A stretch of 64,000 bases of DNA from Candidatus Kerfeldbacteria bacterium (GTDB lineage Bacteria > Patescibacteriota > Patescibacteriia > UBA9570 > XYC2-FULL-38-9): the NCBI GenBank assembly GCA_016182555.1, contig JACPGJ010000008.1:156272-220271 (forward strand), read 5' to 3'. Both the position numbers and the translations under genes were made by a program. Positions 9,168 through 18,194 of this stretch are shown piece by piece. Position 1 is the stretch's first letter, and each line of letters opens with the position of its first letter. Under the pieces are notes generated by a model that saw only the letters and a list, made by a program, of their open reading frames with translations, did no database searches and was not told the DNA's origin.

Positions 9168-11397
9168 AGAGTTCTTTAGCTTTATGATCTTTTCGTCGGC
9201 GGATAATGAACGTGGCACCAGATACCACCAGCACAATAATCACCGATGAGAAAATATTGGTATATTTTATTGCCACTTTTTTACCATCTGATAACGTTTT
9301 AATTGGACGATTCAGCGAATTACGGGAACGGATCGTAATAAGTGATACATCTTGGGTAAGCGCATCAATCGCATTATTCAGTATCAGAGCATTATCTGTA
9401 GAACCTTGCAACAAATCATCAGCCACAAATTTGGAGTTCCCCATGACAAATAATTCTGCATTATCCACATGATCTTTAAAATTCACCGTGTCAACATCCG
9501 CTGGTTTATCGACGTTTGCGTAGGCACTGCTGAGTGAACCGGAAAGCAATGCGCCTAATACATGCTGACCGAGTGCATCATTTGCTGGTGTGGTAATCGC
9601 ATCGGGCGTAATACTCTGCAAATCCGTAAACGCGTAGGCGTGAGCTGAAGTTTTCACCAAATCCGTTGCGGTTGCGCCCTGAGGTGTCTGAATAGTCACT
9701 TCACTTGGCCACGGCAATGCGAGTTCTGAAATATTGCCGGTGATTGGATTCTCACTATTCAACCCGCTGCTCACAATTTTCGGCCAGAGCGGATAAGGTT
9801 GCAATACGCGATATGGGCCATTTCCAAATTGCAATGTTTGTGGAGATTCAAAATCGGCTACCAGATTCTGCTCAACCGTTACGCCATATTTGCCAAGCAA
9901 CTTTTCTAAGCCCGTTGTATTCGGTTGCACTTGGCCGTACTGCTCATTCACCACCATGCCGTCGAGCAACACAAATAATTTGCCACCATTCATCACAAAT
10001 TGATCCAGCGTGTATTGTTCTTTATCCGTAAACGCTTCTGTTGGGCCAACAATCACTAAATTCTGTACGTTACTTAAATCATCAAGCGTCACCGCATTCA
10101 CGGAATATTGTTGTTCCAACGCCTTTTGCACCTGACCAGTTGTTTCTACGCCATGGTCAGATAAAAAGCTTATTTGCGGCACTTGTTCACGTGACATTTT
10201 TTGAATCGCGGCGGTCATGTCATATTCCAAATTCGTTGTTTGCGAAACAACAGGAATCGTTTCATATTGGTCACCGTGCACCAAAGCAATGCCGGCATAG
10301 CCATTACTCACTTCATATTTTTCATTGCCAACCACATTAAATTGAATCTGAGGAATGCCATACGTACTGACCTCTTTTTGTGCTGCGGAATCAGCCTTGG
10401 GATCGGTGAATTCCACAATCACATTCCCGCCACCAGCTCGTTTGTATTCACTGGTTAAATCTTCCACATCGCGCTTCAACGCCAACAAATCTTGTGGCAC
10501 TTCTTTTGAGAAAAATACTTTAATTGTCACCGGATCTTGTAATCGCGAGACAATATTTTTTGTTGCATCAGAAAGCGTATATTGTTTTCCTTCGGTCATG
10601 TCGAAACGGACACTGAGTGACATCATCAACATATTCACCACCACTGCAATCGCAACGACCAACACTGTTTGGCTATATGCATGAATTGATTTACGCTGTT
10701 TATCAATAGATTTCGTGTTAATAAATAGGAAAATACCAATAAAACTGAAATAGTAAACAATATCGCGCAAATCAATCACTCCTTTTGCTAAATTCTGAAA
10801 ATGGGTTTGCGTAGACAATAGATAGAAAACTTTACTCAATATTCCTCCGCTATTTGTGAAAAACGACATGCCGAAAAGCAAAAATATAAACCCAGCGACA
10901 ATCGTAATAAGAAAAGCCACAATTTGATTTTTGGTGAGTGACGATACCCACTGGCCAAGCGCAATATAGGAACAACCCAATAACCAGGCGCCAATATACG
11001 CACCAATGACTGGTCCCCAATCTAGGTGGCCAATCGAAGCAAGAGTGATCGGCAATGGCAAAGAAAATAACAATACCAGGGCAACAAAACTGGCTGCCGC
11101 AAAAAACTTCGCGAGCACTGCTTGCGCATCGGATATCGGTAATGTGAGCAATGTTTCCATGGTGCCTAATTTTTTCTCCTCACTCCACAAACGCATGGTG
11201 AGCGCCGGCAACAAAAAGAGAAAGAACCACGGCAACAAACTGAAAAAATCACGCATCGTTGTTTGGCCAACAAGAAACAGATTCTGCCAAAACAACCACG
11301 ACAGTACGACTAAGAACACCACAATAAACAAGTAGGATAATAACGAATGAAAATAACTCTGAAATTCTTTTTTGAACAGGGCGAGTGTGTTTTTCAT
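9160..11397 (-). CDS. Fused ABC-2 permease (GldF-like) + ABC-transport auxiliary component (GldG-like)
   Basis: N-terminal ~240 aa six-TM ABC-2 permease, then large extracytoplasmic GldG/ABC_transp_aux-like domain, C-terminal TM anchor; 745 aa. Confidence 0.65.
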   Translation of the reverse strand: MKNTLALFKKEFQSYFHSLLSYLFIVVFLVVLSWLFWQNLFLVGQTTMRDFFSLLPWFFLFLLPALTMRLWSEEKKLGTMETLLTLPISDAQAVLAKFFAAASFVALVLLFSLPLPITLASIGHLDWGPVIGAYIGAWLLGCSYIALGQWVSSLTKNQIVAFLITIVAGFIFLLFGMSFFTNSGGILSKVFYLLSTQTHFQNLAKGVIDLRDIVYYFSFIGIFLFINTKSIDKQRKSIHAYSQTVLVVAIAVVVNMLMMSLSVRFDMTEGKQYTLSDATKNIVSRLQDPVTIKVFFSKEVPQDLLALKRDVEDLTSEYKRAGGGNVIVEFTDPKADSAAQKEVSTYGIPQIQFNVVGNEKYEVSNGYAGIALVHGDQYETIPVVSQTTNLEYDMTAAIQKMSREQVPQISFLSDHGVETTGQVQKALEQQYSVNAVTLDDLSNVQNLVIVGPTEAFTDKEQYTLDQFVMNGGKLFVLLDGMVVNEQYGQVQPNTTGLEKLLGKYGVTVEQNLVADFESPQTLQFGNGPYRVLQPYPLWPKIVSSGLNSENPITGNISELALPWPSEVTIQTPQGATATDLVKTSAHAYAFTDLQSITPDAITTPANDALGQHVLGALLSGSLSSAYANVDKPADVDTVNFKDHVDNAELFVMGNSKFVADDLLQGSTDNALILNNAIDALTQDVSLITIRSRNSLNRPIKTLSDGKKVAIKYTNIFSSVIIVLVVSGATFIIRRRKDHKAKELYA

Positions 11398-11404
11398 ATC
11401 GGTG

Positions 11405-12316
11405 TTATTGAGATGTTAATTGTCTAAAAATATCTTCTAGGCTCACTTGTGATTGTTGCATTTCCAGCAACACCCAGGTTTCAGCCACACACAATTGAAA
11501 TATCTCTTTACGGACATCGTGTTTCCCAGACACATGCACAACAAATTCATGGCCATGAACATGCTTCACCTCTTCAACGTGTGGAATGGAAGCCAGACCC
11601 GCAACCACATCATGCACGCTACCTTCAATGACCGCACGCACTTCCGACTGCCCTTGCGCGCTGTTCATCAATTCATCTACGGTTCCCGCAGCAACAATTT
11701 TTCCATGATTGATAATAATCGCTCGGTCACACACCGCTTGTACCTCTTGCAAAATATGCGTAGAAAAAATAATTGTTTTCGTTTTTCCAATTTCTCGAAT
11801 GACTTCTCGAATCTGTAAAGCCTGGTTCGGATCCAGCCCAGATGTTGGCTCATCCAGAATGAGCACATCAGGATCACCAAGCAGTGCGGCGGCCAGACCG
11901 ACACGTTGGCGATACCCTTTTGAAAGATCAGAAATTGATTCGGCAATTTTTTCTTGCAAACTACAAATCTTCACCACTCGCGCAATTTCTTCACGAGCAT
12001 TGGGAATTTGCTTTACGCCGGCAATAAATTCCAAATATTCGTACATGCGCATGGTGTCATAGAGTGGGTTATTTTCAGGGAGATAACCAATATGTTCGCG
12101 GGCAGCCAGGGCGTGTTCAGCAACATTCTTTCCATTAATAGTTACTACGCCACTGCTCGGTGCTAAAAAGCCAGTGAGCATACGCATCGTGGTGGTTTTC
12201 CCTGCGCCATTCGGGCCAAGGAAACCAAGCACTTCTCCAGTTTTGACTTCAAACGAAATACCGTTCAAGACGCGGTTTGAATCAAACGATTTTTGCAGTT
12301 CAGATACAACAATCAT
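11405..12316 (-). CDS. ABC transporter ATP-binding protein (GldA-like)
   Basis: Walker A GPNGAGKTTT, signature LSKGYRQRV, Walker B VLILDEPTSGLD; 8 nt upstream of the permease gene. Confidence 0.9.
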   Translation of the reverse strand: MIVVSELQKSFDSNRVLNGISFEVKTGEVLGFLGPNGAGKTTTMRMLTGFLAPSSGVVTINGKNVAEHALAAREHIGYLPENNPLYDTMRMYEYLEFIAGVKQIPNAREEIARVVKICSLQEKIAESISDLSKGYRQRVGLAAALLGDPDVLILDEPTSGLDPNQALQIREVIREIGKTKTIIFSTHILQEVQAVCDRAIIINHGKIVAAGTVDELMNSAQGQSEVRAVIEGSVHDVVAGLASIPHVEEVKHVHGHEFVVHVSGKHDVRKEIFQLCVAETWVLLEMQQSQVSLEDIFRQLTSQ

Positions 12317-12423
12317 GAGTGTAAAAAATAAAATAAATAAAACTATCTTTATATATCATAACAAATTTCAAAGCATATCTGCAATAGAGCGTAGAATTAC
12401 TATATCATCTACGAAACAACGAT

Positions 12424-14943
12424 TCAATTTGTGACAAATTTCCTGTGTTTATGATATAGCACCTTTACACATTCCGTACAGATGAAATAGATACAGACCA
12501 ACGAAAGGATAATACCGAGCTGAACAGCCGTCGGTGGAATAAAATGGAATGTGTGCTGACCAAGCGAGGTAAATGGCAGAATGATGGTGGTGAGCATCGC
12601 AGTGACCGTGAGTAATAACAATGGACGAGAGGGACGTTGTGAAAGCAGGAAAAATCCTTTGGTCCGAATAGAAAATAAAAATACCAACTCCGTAAGAATA
12701 CTGCCCATAAACCAGTTTGTTTGTAGAACCCCTGCGCCCTGATGCACGAATAACCCAAAAAAGATAAAGTCAAAAATGGTACTGATACAGCCAAGGATAG
12801 TCGCCAGTAAAATAATTTCATGAACATTGTATTTTTTTGGTGCGCGTAATTCAGCAGGGTCTACCGTATCAGTGGAAATAGCGATCATTGGAAAATCGGA
12901 GAGTAGGTTGACGAGTAAAATTTGCAGCGGCAACATGGGTAAAAATGGAATCAACAATGACGCAATGGCAACGGCAAAAAAATTTCCAAAATTTGAAGAG
13001 AGTGTTCCCGTAATATATTTCGTGATATTGGCAAACACCGTTCTCCCCTCTTGAATACCATCCACAATCACTGCCAAACTACTTTCAAGTAAAATAATAT
13101 CTGCTGCTTCACGCGCAATATCTGCCGCACTTTGCACAACAAGTGATACACCAGCAGCTTTCAATCCTGGAGCATCGTTAATCCCCTCACCCAAAAAACC
13201 GACTTCATATTTTTTTTGCAACAATTGAATAATGGCATATTTATCTTCCGGAGCAAAACGTGCGAATACGGAAAATCGTTCCACCGCTTGTTGTTGTTCC
13301 TGATCACTGAGTGCATCAAACTCCGCCGCAGTCATCACGTGTTCCGGCGAATCAATCAAACCAATTTCATAACCAACGGCACCAGCCACCTCACGACTAT
13401 CGCCCGTAATCATGGTAATACGTACTCCCAACGCTTCAGCGCGTTGGACAGCAGGAATCGTAGTGGGTTTCACATGATCGACAAAAGATATCATGCCGAC
13501 AAATGAAAACTGAGTATGCATATGCTCCATATCATCTATAGCATCAGCGGCAATTTTTTTCTTCGCAATACCAAGCAACCGGTGACCTTTTCGTCCCTCA
13601 TTCACTATCCATTGTTGAACTTCTTTCTTCTGCGCTCCGTTCATTCGCGTACATAATGCCAAAATGACTTCTGGTGCGCCGCGAGTAATCAATTCGGTTG
13701 TGTGGTCGTGTTCAATCACCACCGCATTGCGTTTCAATTCTGGGTTAAACGGTAATTCTGCACGCCTGGTATAATCTGTTAAACGTGTACGGTCTTCCGC
13801 TGACAACGCTTTTTCCACCGCTAAATCAAATGGTTCATGCTTCTCTTTTTCGGTGTCCGAGACTGCTAAATTCGCATAGAGTAACACGTCATGGTGAGAT
13901 GGTGGATAGGTACCGGCAACCGTCAAAACATTTTCTGTTAGTGTACCGGTCTTGTCGGTGCACAAAATTTCAATACTGCCCATATCTTCAACGGCAGATA
14001 AGCGCTTCACCACGACATTTTTTTTGGCCAACTGTTTTGCACCACGCGATAATGCAAACGTAGTCACCACCGGCAAGGCTTCTGGAATAACACTCACCGC
14101 TAAGGTAATTGCAAATAATAGCAATTCGACAATATTCACCTGGCCATTCTTCAAAAACAAATGCGCACCGATAATCAAGAGCAGTGTCACACCAACTAAC
14201 TGCAAAATAAATCGCGAAAACCGATTGATTCCGCGTTGAAAATTACTGCTGTGTTTGGTTTCGTTTGTTAAATGTGCAATGCCGCCAGCAACCGTACGGT
14301 CACCGGTGGTGAGTACCACAGCCGTCGCTTCCCCATTTACCACCAATGTTCCTGAAAAACCAATATTCAACGCTTCGTGATACCCGGTAGCGATTGCTGG
14401 TAATACATTCGCAATTTTTTGCACCGGAACGGATTCGCCGGTCAACATCGTTTCATCTATCGTTAGGTCATTTATTTCCAGAAACCGAACATCAGCTGGA
14501 ACTTGGTCGCCAGTAGTCAGTACAATACGGTCACCGGGCACCAGTGTTTCTGTGGGCACACGAACACGCACACCTTTGCGAATAACTGTTGCTGATGGTG
14601 CCACATATTTTTTTAACAACTGAATCGTTTTTTCTGAATGGTATTCTTGATAAAAACCAAGCGTTGTATTGATGAAAATAAAGAGCATAATAATAATGCC
14701 ATCGCTCAATTCTTGCAACGCAAAGGCCAGCAATGCTGCACCCATAAGCAAGTACATAAACGACGATGCATATTGACGTATCAAAATACGCCACCACTGC
14801 ACCGAATGGGCAGAGAGCGTGTTGCGGCCATACTGCTTCAAACGCTGGCTTACTTCCTGTTCATCTAAACCCGCCTCCCCATCTGTACGTAGGGCGTGAA
14901 TAATGTCAGCCACTGGTTGAATTGTGTAACGAAATATATCCAT
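12424..14943 (-). CDS. Cation-transporting P-type ATPase (MgtA/Ca2+ type)
   Basis: Phosphorylation motif CTDKTGTLT, TGES, MITGD, hinge GEGINDAPGLKAAGV, 10 TM; ends with TGA at 12424-12426. Confidence 0.9.
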   Translation of the reverse strand: MDIFRYTIQPVADIIHALRTDGEAGLDEQEVSQRLKQYGRNTLSAHSVQWWRILIRQYASSFMYLLMGAALLAFALQELSDGIIIMLFIFINTTLGFYQEYHSEKTIQLLKKYVAPSATVIRKGVRVRVPTETLVPGDRIVLTTGDQVPADVRFLEINDLTIDETMLTGESVPVQKIANVLPAIATGYHEALNIGFSGTLVVNGEATAVVLTTGDRTVAGGIAHLTNETKHSSNFQRGINRFSRFILQLVGVTLLLIIGAHLFLKNGQVNIVELLLFAITLAVSVIPEALPVVTTFALSRGAKQLAKKNVVVKRLSAVEDMGSIEILCTDKTGTLTENVLTVAGTYPPSHHDVLLYANLAVSDTEKEKHEPFDLAVEKALSAEDRTRLTDYTRRAELPFNPELKRNAVVIEHDHTTELITRGAPEVILALCTRMNGAQKKEVQQWIVNEGRKGHRLLGIAKKKIAADAIDDMEHMHTQFSFVGMISFVDHVKPTTIPAVQRAEALGVRITMITGDSREVAGAVGYEIGLIDSPEHVMTAAEFDALSDQEQQQAVERFSVFARFAPEDKYAIIQLLQKKYEVGFLGEGINDAPGLKAAGVSLVVQSAADIAREAADIILLESSLAVIVDGIQEGRTVFANITKYITGTLSSNFGNFFAVAIASLLIPFLPMLPLQILLVNLLSDFPMIAISTDTVDPAELRAPKKYNVHEIILLATILGCISTIFDFIFFGLFVHQGAGVLQTNWFMGSILTELVFLFSIRTKGFFLLSQRPSRPLLLLTVTAMLTTIILPFTSLGQHTFHFIPPTAVQLGIILSLVCIYFICTECVKVLYHKHRKFVTN

Positions 14944-14957
14944 GGTTTTCTATCGGA

Positions 14958-15488
14958 CTACCGAGAAATATACAATGCCAGAGCACGGCGGACAGAATCA
15001 AACCCAATACCTGGAAGGTCAATATCTTTCGGCTCAAAAAATTGGTACTCCGTCACTTCGCTTTCTTGCAATCGAATCTGTGGTTCACCAACAATGTGCC
15101 CCACAAAAAAAATATCAATCAAATCATAACGTACACCTGTATATTCGTACACATTCGGCAACGCGACAAAATACTCTAACTGCGTCACGCTAAGGCCTGT
15201 TTCTTCAAAAATTTCACGCTGGGCTCCTTGCTCTGGTGTTTCGCCAGCTTCAATAAATCCACCCGGCGTATCCCAACAACCAGCTGATGGCTCTTTCGCG
15301 CGGCGCAACAACAAAATTTCGCCAGCTTCATTTATCAAAATATTTCCATTACCAACAGCCGGGTTGAAAAAATACAAAAATCCACACACCAAACAGCGAG
15401 AATTGTTTTCTTGTGGTTCGCAATGCAAATTTGGGGCCCCACATTGAGGGCAAAACTGAAATAATTCTATTGGTCGTTGTGCTTGCAT
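14958..15488 (-). CDS. NudC-like Nudix hydrolase with N-terminal C4 zinc ribbon
   Basis: CPQCG...CLVCG zinc ribbon followed by Nudix box GGFIEAGETPEQGAQREIFEETG. Confidence 0.8.
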   Translation of the reverse strand: MQAQRPIELFQFCPQCGAPNLHCEPQENNSRCLVCGFLYFFNPAVGNGNILINEAGEILLLRRAKEPSAGCWDTPGGFIEAGETPEQGAQREIFEETGLSVTQLEYFVALPNVYEYTGVRYDLIDIFFVGHIVGEPQIRLQESEVTEYQFFEPKDIDLPGIGFDSVRRALALYISR

Positions 15489-15490
15489 GG

Positions 15491-15805
15491 TTAAATCACT
15501 CGAATACCGGTATGTCGAATTTCGTAAGACATCGGGTTTGCGTCATCAGCAAAATCAGCAACAGTAAAACCATGTGGTTCAATACGATGATCTACTCCTA
15601 AACGCAAATCCCACAGTAAGACTCTATTCTTATCATAATTTCTTTTCAATTTATCTGACACAACAGCAACATCAATATCGCTCCATTTATGGTGCGTTTT
15701 TTTTACATAGGAGCCAAAAAGATAGATTGCTACAATAGGATAATTCGCCTTCTGTAAGGCTTGAGCATACTTCTTCACAATTTTTTTTACTTCAGTTCTT
15801 GACAT
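15491..15805 (-). CDS. Minimal nucleotidyltransferase (MNT/Pol-beta superfamily)
   Basis: LFGSYVKK...SDIDVAVV (GS...DxD) signature; 104 aa; stop 2 nt before the Nudix start. Confidence 0.75.
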   Translation of the reverse strand: MSRTEVKKIVKKYAQALQKANYPIVAIYLFGSYVKKTHHKWSDIDVAVVSDKLKRNYDKNRVLLWDLRLGVDHRIEPHGFTVADFADDANPMSYEIRHTGIRVI

Positions 15806-15984
15806 AGTTTTTTATAAAATTGCACTATCTGTTTAAAATACGGCTGCGTATACTTCTTATCGCATTGTTTATAAAATTTCAATAATAATATTATAGCGTA
15901 GCATAGAGCCTAAATCAATAGAGATGGGTATACATAAATCAAAACTCGCCCCCAGAATGGGAGCGAGCTATTGATACGAACTGT

Positions 15985-16263
15985 TTAGTTGTCGTATTGT
16001 CGTCGAGGACGATCATCTCGAGGGCGTGCTTCGTCAACTTTCAGCCTTCGACCATCGAGTTCTTGGCCATTCCACATTTGGATTGCAGCCTGAGCTTCTT
16101 CATCAGAGCCCATTTCTACGAATCCGAAACCTTTCGAACGGCCAGTCATCTTGTCCATGATAATGTTACAAGAGACGACGTTACCTGCTTGAGCAAATGC
16201 TTCCCGCAGACCATCTTCAGTGGTACTGTAAGAAATACCACCCACAAATAGCTTTGTTGCCAT
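15985..16263 (-). CDS. RRM-type RNA-binding protein
   Basis: RNP2 KLFVGGI and RNP1 KGFGFVEM motifs, 92 aa with acidic/RD-rich tail. Confidence 0.9.
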   Translation of the reverse strand: MATKLFVGGISYSTTEDGLREAFAQAGNVVSCNIIMDKMTGRSKGFGFVEMGSDEEAQAAIQMWNGQELDGRRLKVDEARPRDDRPRRQYDN

Positions 16264-16507
16264 TGTTTTGTGTTACGAATTAAATGTGCAGGAAGCCGTT
16301 TTTAATGGCTCGAACGCGAACGTTACTTCTTGGTTTCGAGAACGGGCACACTTTTGAACGTATGCACAGTATCTAAACGAAAGAACCTACTGAAATGACT
16401 ATACAGGACATCGATAAAAAAGTCAAGCACGCGTTCAATTGTGTTCAATTGGTACTATGTCTTACTATCCTGGTGGGGTATAACATTAAAATTTGTTTGG
16501 AAGAATA

Positions 16508-16552
16508 TTGAAAAAGAAAAAAGGCTCCGCAGACATGTGTGTCTTTGGAGCC
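16508..16552 (-). terminator. Candidate intrinsic terminator for the GC-rich orphan gene
   Basis: ggctccgcagaca...tgtctttggagcc imperfect hairpin at 16523-16552 preceded on + strand by aaaaagaaaaaa, i.e. a U-tract on the minus strand, ~100 nt downstream of the stop at 16651. Confidence 0.45.
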
Positions 16553-16650
16553 CATCGCGATTGCCCTGATCGCGATGCGCCGTACGGAGCAGCCGAGAAC
16601 CCAAGGGCTCAAGACCCAGAATGGCCAAGTTCCCAAGGATCCCAGTGCAA

Positions 16651-17247
16651 CTACTTGCGAACGCGGACACGCACGAAACGGCAATCCTGATACCACCGAT
16701 CGTCGAAGCTGAAGAAGGAGAGGTATCGTCCGTAGTTGTACTCACGGACAGAGCCGACGACGCGAACACCGTCGATCTCCGTCTCTTCACCGCAGATGGC
16801 CACCATCGGATTCTCCTTGCACTCCTCGGCGTGCGCATCGATGCAGGTTTCCCCTTCCGCCCAATCGGGAAGACGATAGCCAGGCTCGTTATACCAAGCA
16901 ATCACTTCCGCAGTATTCGGGGCATGATCGAACTGGCCGATGTCGAAGATGACATTCGCCTGTCCCTTGCTACGAACTGGGAACAGATCGACTGTCGCCT
17001 TCGAACTGCAATAGGCGTACCGACTCCGATCAATGACCTTCCACCGATGAGACTCATAGTCCACCAGACAGACACATAGATTGAGACCGAGTGCCTGACC
17101 CAGCGACAGAATCTGCTGCTCGGTGACAGGCTCTTCCTGATAAAGGGCTTCCACCATCGCCTGCCCATAGAGCTTGGCATCATCGTTCCTGCCAAGCTTC
17201 TGTGCGGCCAAAGCCAAAAGGTAGAAGTGTTCTGCTGATATGTACAT
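16651..17247 (-). CDS. Hypothetical protein encoded in a GC-rich (~55%) compositional island
   Basis: 198 aa ORF with AAAGGA Shine-Dalgarno 7 nt upstream of ATG at 17245-17247; no family recognised; local GC far above the window average; antisense ORF 16621-17079 judged artefact. Confidence 0.55.
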   Translation of the reverse strand: MYISAEHFYLLALAAQKLGRNDDAKLYGQAMVEALYQEEPVTEQQILSLGQALGLNLCVCLVDYESHRWKVIDRSRYAYCSSKATVDLFPVRSKGQANVIFDIGQFDHAPNTAEVIAWYNEPGYRLPDWAEGETCIDAHAEECKENPMVAICGEETEIDGVRVVGSVREYNYGRYLSFFSFDDRWYQDCRFVRVRVRK

Positions 17248-17300
17248 AGAGAATCCTTTCTTTCTAGAAAAGGTTACTAACCACAGCGCGTGTCGATATG

Positions 17301-17376
17301 AGCACGTGCCAAAACCAGCTGGCTAACCAAGTACTGTAAATACTACTACCTGATTATGCAGCTAGTCAGCACGTGC
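17301..17376. promoter_or_regulatory. Two direct copies of aGCACGTGCc palindromic motif in the divergent promoter region
   Basis: agcacgtgc at 17301-17309 and 17368-17376, each containing the 8-bp palindrome GCACGTGC, 55 and 120 bp upstream of the orphan gene start and upstream of the divergent ABC gene. Confidence 0.3.
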
Positions 17377-17512
17377 TATTTTATAAAAAGACATCATAAT
17401 AGAGCATGAGTTTAGACCATTTGTCAATACTTCGTTCGAAACATTGATCAATTTGACACATCGCTTCACTATGTATTATGCTACTAACAATAATTTATTG
17501 TATACTACACCT

Positions 17513-18190
17513 ATGCATATTATCATTCGTGATTTGACCAAAGAATACAAAATGGGGAAAGAAAAAGTGGGCGCCCTCAAAGGTGTCTCGCTAGATATTG
17601 AAAAAGGAGCAATGATTGCGTTGATCGGTCGCAGTGGTAGCGGAAAAAGCACCCTGTTACAACTGATCGGTGGTTTAGACACACCAACCGCTGGCACCAT
17701 TTTGGTGAACGAAAAGGAACTAGGAAAAATGAAAGACCGCGAACGATCAACCTATCGCAATAATATCATCGGCTTTGTGTTTCAATTTTTTTACTTGCAA
17801 CAATACTTGACCATTTCAGAGAATGTTCAAATCCCACTCATATTCCAAGGAGCGGAAAAAGGAACAAGGGAACAGCGTGCAAAAGAAGCACTGGAAGCCG
17901 TTGGACTGGGAGAAATGCTCAACCGTTTGCCAAACCAGTTAAGTGGTGGACAAATGCAACGCGTGGCGATTGCTCGTGCGCTCGTGCACAAACCGGAAAT
18001 TGTACTTGCTGATGAACCAACCGGCAACCTGGACGAAAAAACGGGAGACGAAATTATGGATTTAATAAAAAAATTGAATAAAGAATTACAGACCACGTTT
18101 ATTATTGTCACACACGATTCGCATGTAGCAGCACAAGCAGACCGCACCATTAAACTGGCTGACGGAAAAATTGTAACGACTAACGCATAA
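17513..18190 (+). CDS. ABC transporter ATP-binding protein (MacB/LolD/FtsE type)
   Basis: Walker A GRSGSGKSTL, signature LSGGQMQRVAIARAL, Walker B VLADEPTGNLD; start placed at ATG 17513 (MHIIIRDLTKEY). Confidence 0.9.
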   Translation: MHIIIRDLTKEYKMGKEKVGALKGVSLDIEKGAMIALIGRSGSGKSTLLQLIGGLDTPTAGTILVNEKELGKMKDRERSTYRNNIIGFVFQFFYLQQYLTISENVQIPLIFQGAEKGTREQRAKEALEAVGLGEMLNRLPNQLSGGQMQRVAIARALVHKPEIVLADEPTGNLDEKTGDEIMDLIKKLNKELQTTFIIVTHDSHVAAQADRTIKLADGKIVTTNA

Positions 18191-18194
18191 TTTT

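Noticed and set aside
16621-17079. 152-aa plus-strand ORF in the GC-rich island
   Set aside because: High GC generates long ORFs in several frames; only the minus-strand ORF has a Shine-Dalgarno and a downstream terminator.
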